From: Mobula hypostoma
Lineage: Eukaryota
Assembly (NCBI RefSeq): GCF_963921235.1
Contig: NC_086097.1
Span: 96,660,001 to 96,724,000, forward strand
Direction of reading: 5' to 3'
DNA length: 64,000 nucleotides
Shown: in pieces, positions 62,488 to 64,000 of the stretch
Layout of the letters: the number at the start of each line of letters is the position of its first letter
Position numbering within the stretch: position 1 is the stretch's first letter
Position numbers and translations under genes: made by a program
The notes under the pieces: model-generated
What the model was told of the DNA's origin: nothing
The model's database searches: none
What the model saw: the letters and a program-made list of their open reading frames with translations, nothing else

Positions 62488-64000
62488 GAATCAGAATCAG
62501 AATCAGGTTTAATATCACCGGCATATGTCATGAAATTAGTTGTCTTTCAGCAGCAGAACATTGCAATATATAGTAATAAAAACTATACATTACAATAAGA
62601 ACATATAAAAAATAAATTAAATTAGCGCAAAAAGAGAGGGAAAAAGGTACTGAGAAAGTCTTCGTGGGTTCATTATCTATTGAGAAATCTGATGGCGGAG
62701 GGGAAGAAGCTGTTTCTGAAATATTGAGTGTCTCTCTTCAGGTTCGTGTACCTCCTCCTTGAAGGGAGCAATAAAAAAAATAGCATGCCCTGGGTGATGG
62801 AGCTCCTTAATGATAGATGCCACCTTTCAGCATCTTTTTCCCATCCTACACAGTGGTTCCTCCATACCAGGCAGCGATGCAATAGTGATGCTAATGGTAA
62901 TGCACTAGTTAGAACGCTCTGCATGGTACATCTGTTGGTGGTATACCAATACTCCTCAAACTCCTAATGAAATATAGTCATTGTCATGCCTTCTTTGTAA
63001 TTGCATAAATAAGTTCAGCCCAGGATAGGTCCTTAGAGATGTTGACAGCTAGGAACTTGAAACTGCTCTTTCTTTCCACTTTTGATCCACCTATGAGGAT
63101 TGGTGTGTTCCTTTGACTTACATTTTTCCTGAAGTCCACAATCAATTCCTCAGTGTTACTGAGGCTGAGTGAAAGGTTATTGCTGCAACACCACTCATCT
63201 AACTGATCTATCTCAATCCTGTACACCTTCTCGTCACATCTGAAATTCTGCTAATAGTTGTGTCGTCAGCAAACTTACAGATGCCGTTTGAACTGTACCT
63301 AGCCATACAGTCATGGGCATAGAAGAGTTTAGCAGTGGGGTAAGCTTACATCCTTGAGGTGCACCAGTGTTGATTGCCAGCAAGGAGGAGATGTTATTTC
63401 TGAACCACACAGACTATGGTCTCTGGTGAGGAAGTCAAGGATCCAGTTGCAGAGGGAGGTAGAGAGGCCCAGGTATTGGTGCTTGTTGATTGTAACTGAG
63501 GGTATGATTATGTTGAACGGTGGAGCTGTAATCAATAAACAGCAGTCTGACATACGTATTACTATTGTCCAGGTGATCCAAGGTTTAGTTGAGAGCCAGT
63601 GAGGTTATACCCGCTGTACACTTATCGTGATGATAGGCAAATTGCAGCAGGACCAGGTCCTTGCTTAGGCAGGAGTTGATTCTAGCCACGACCAACCTCT
63701 CAAAATACTTCATCACAATGGATGTGAGCGGCATTGGGCGACAGTAATCAAGGCAGCTCACCCAGCTCTTGAGCACTGGAATGATTGTCACCCTTTGGAA
63801 GCAGGTGGGAACCTCTGACTGCAGCACTGAAAGATTGAAGATGCCCTTCAACACTTCTGCCAGTTGGTTAGCACAGGTTTTCAGTGTACCTGGAAGGACT
63901 CTATCAGGGCCTGATGCCATGCAACAGTTCACCCTCTTGAAAGGCAAGGTTTCTGACATCGGCCTCTGAGACAGAGATCACATAGTCATCAGACGCTGCA
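62488..64000 (-). mobile_element. Rex1/Babar-type LINE (RT to 3' tail), runs off the window edge
   Basis: (GAATCA)3 tail; peptides ASGPDRVLPGTLKTCANQLAEVL..IFNLS..VPTCF..IIPV..LTSIVMKYFERLV and FRNSFFPSAIRFLN. Confidence 0.88.

Noticed and set aside
1..64000. CRISPR array, operon or prokaryotic defence system
   Set aside because: The sequence is spliceosomal-intron-containing vertebrate DNA; recurring repeats are dispersed transposon ends, not regularly spaced direct repeats.

Overview
Eukaryotic, repeat-dense vertebrate DNA. The repeat set (CR1, Rex1/Babar, Penelope-like GIY-YIG elements, tRNA-derived SINEs, Chapaev3, Tigger, mariner, hAT) suggests a cartilaginous fish, probably a ray (inference). 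The window lies inside DNAJC17 on the minus strand. I reconstructed eight phase-compatible GT-AG coding exons (equivalent to human exons 3-10, 677 nt) between 61735 and 41452. Exons 1-2 are presumably beyond the right edge, and I could not find the terminal exon. Nested antisense in the long final intron is an intact 199-aa CDC42EP/BORG-family gene (22016-22615) with a basic region, a CRIB motif, PPKPPRL and a septin-binding-type C-terminal motif. It sits where I recall mammals carry the CRIB-less C15orf62. The many Penelope-like terminal repeats contain minimal type-I hammerhead ribozymes (CUGANGA...GAAAC GUC/GACUG). Several have intact cores, some are in sense to the DNAJC17 pre-mRNA, one lies in an 84-bp near-perfect hairpin, and some are ~100-bp insertions with target-site duplications (TSDs). 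Repeat boundaries were read by eye and are approximate unless a TIR or TSD is quoted. Family names come from recalled motifs, not from database searches.
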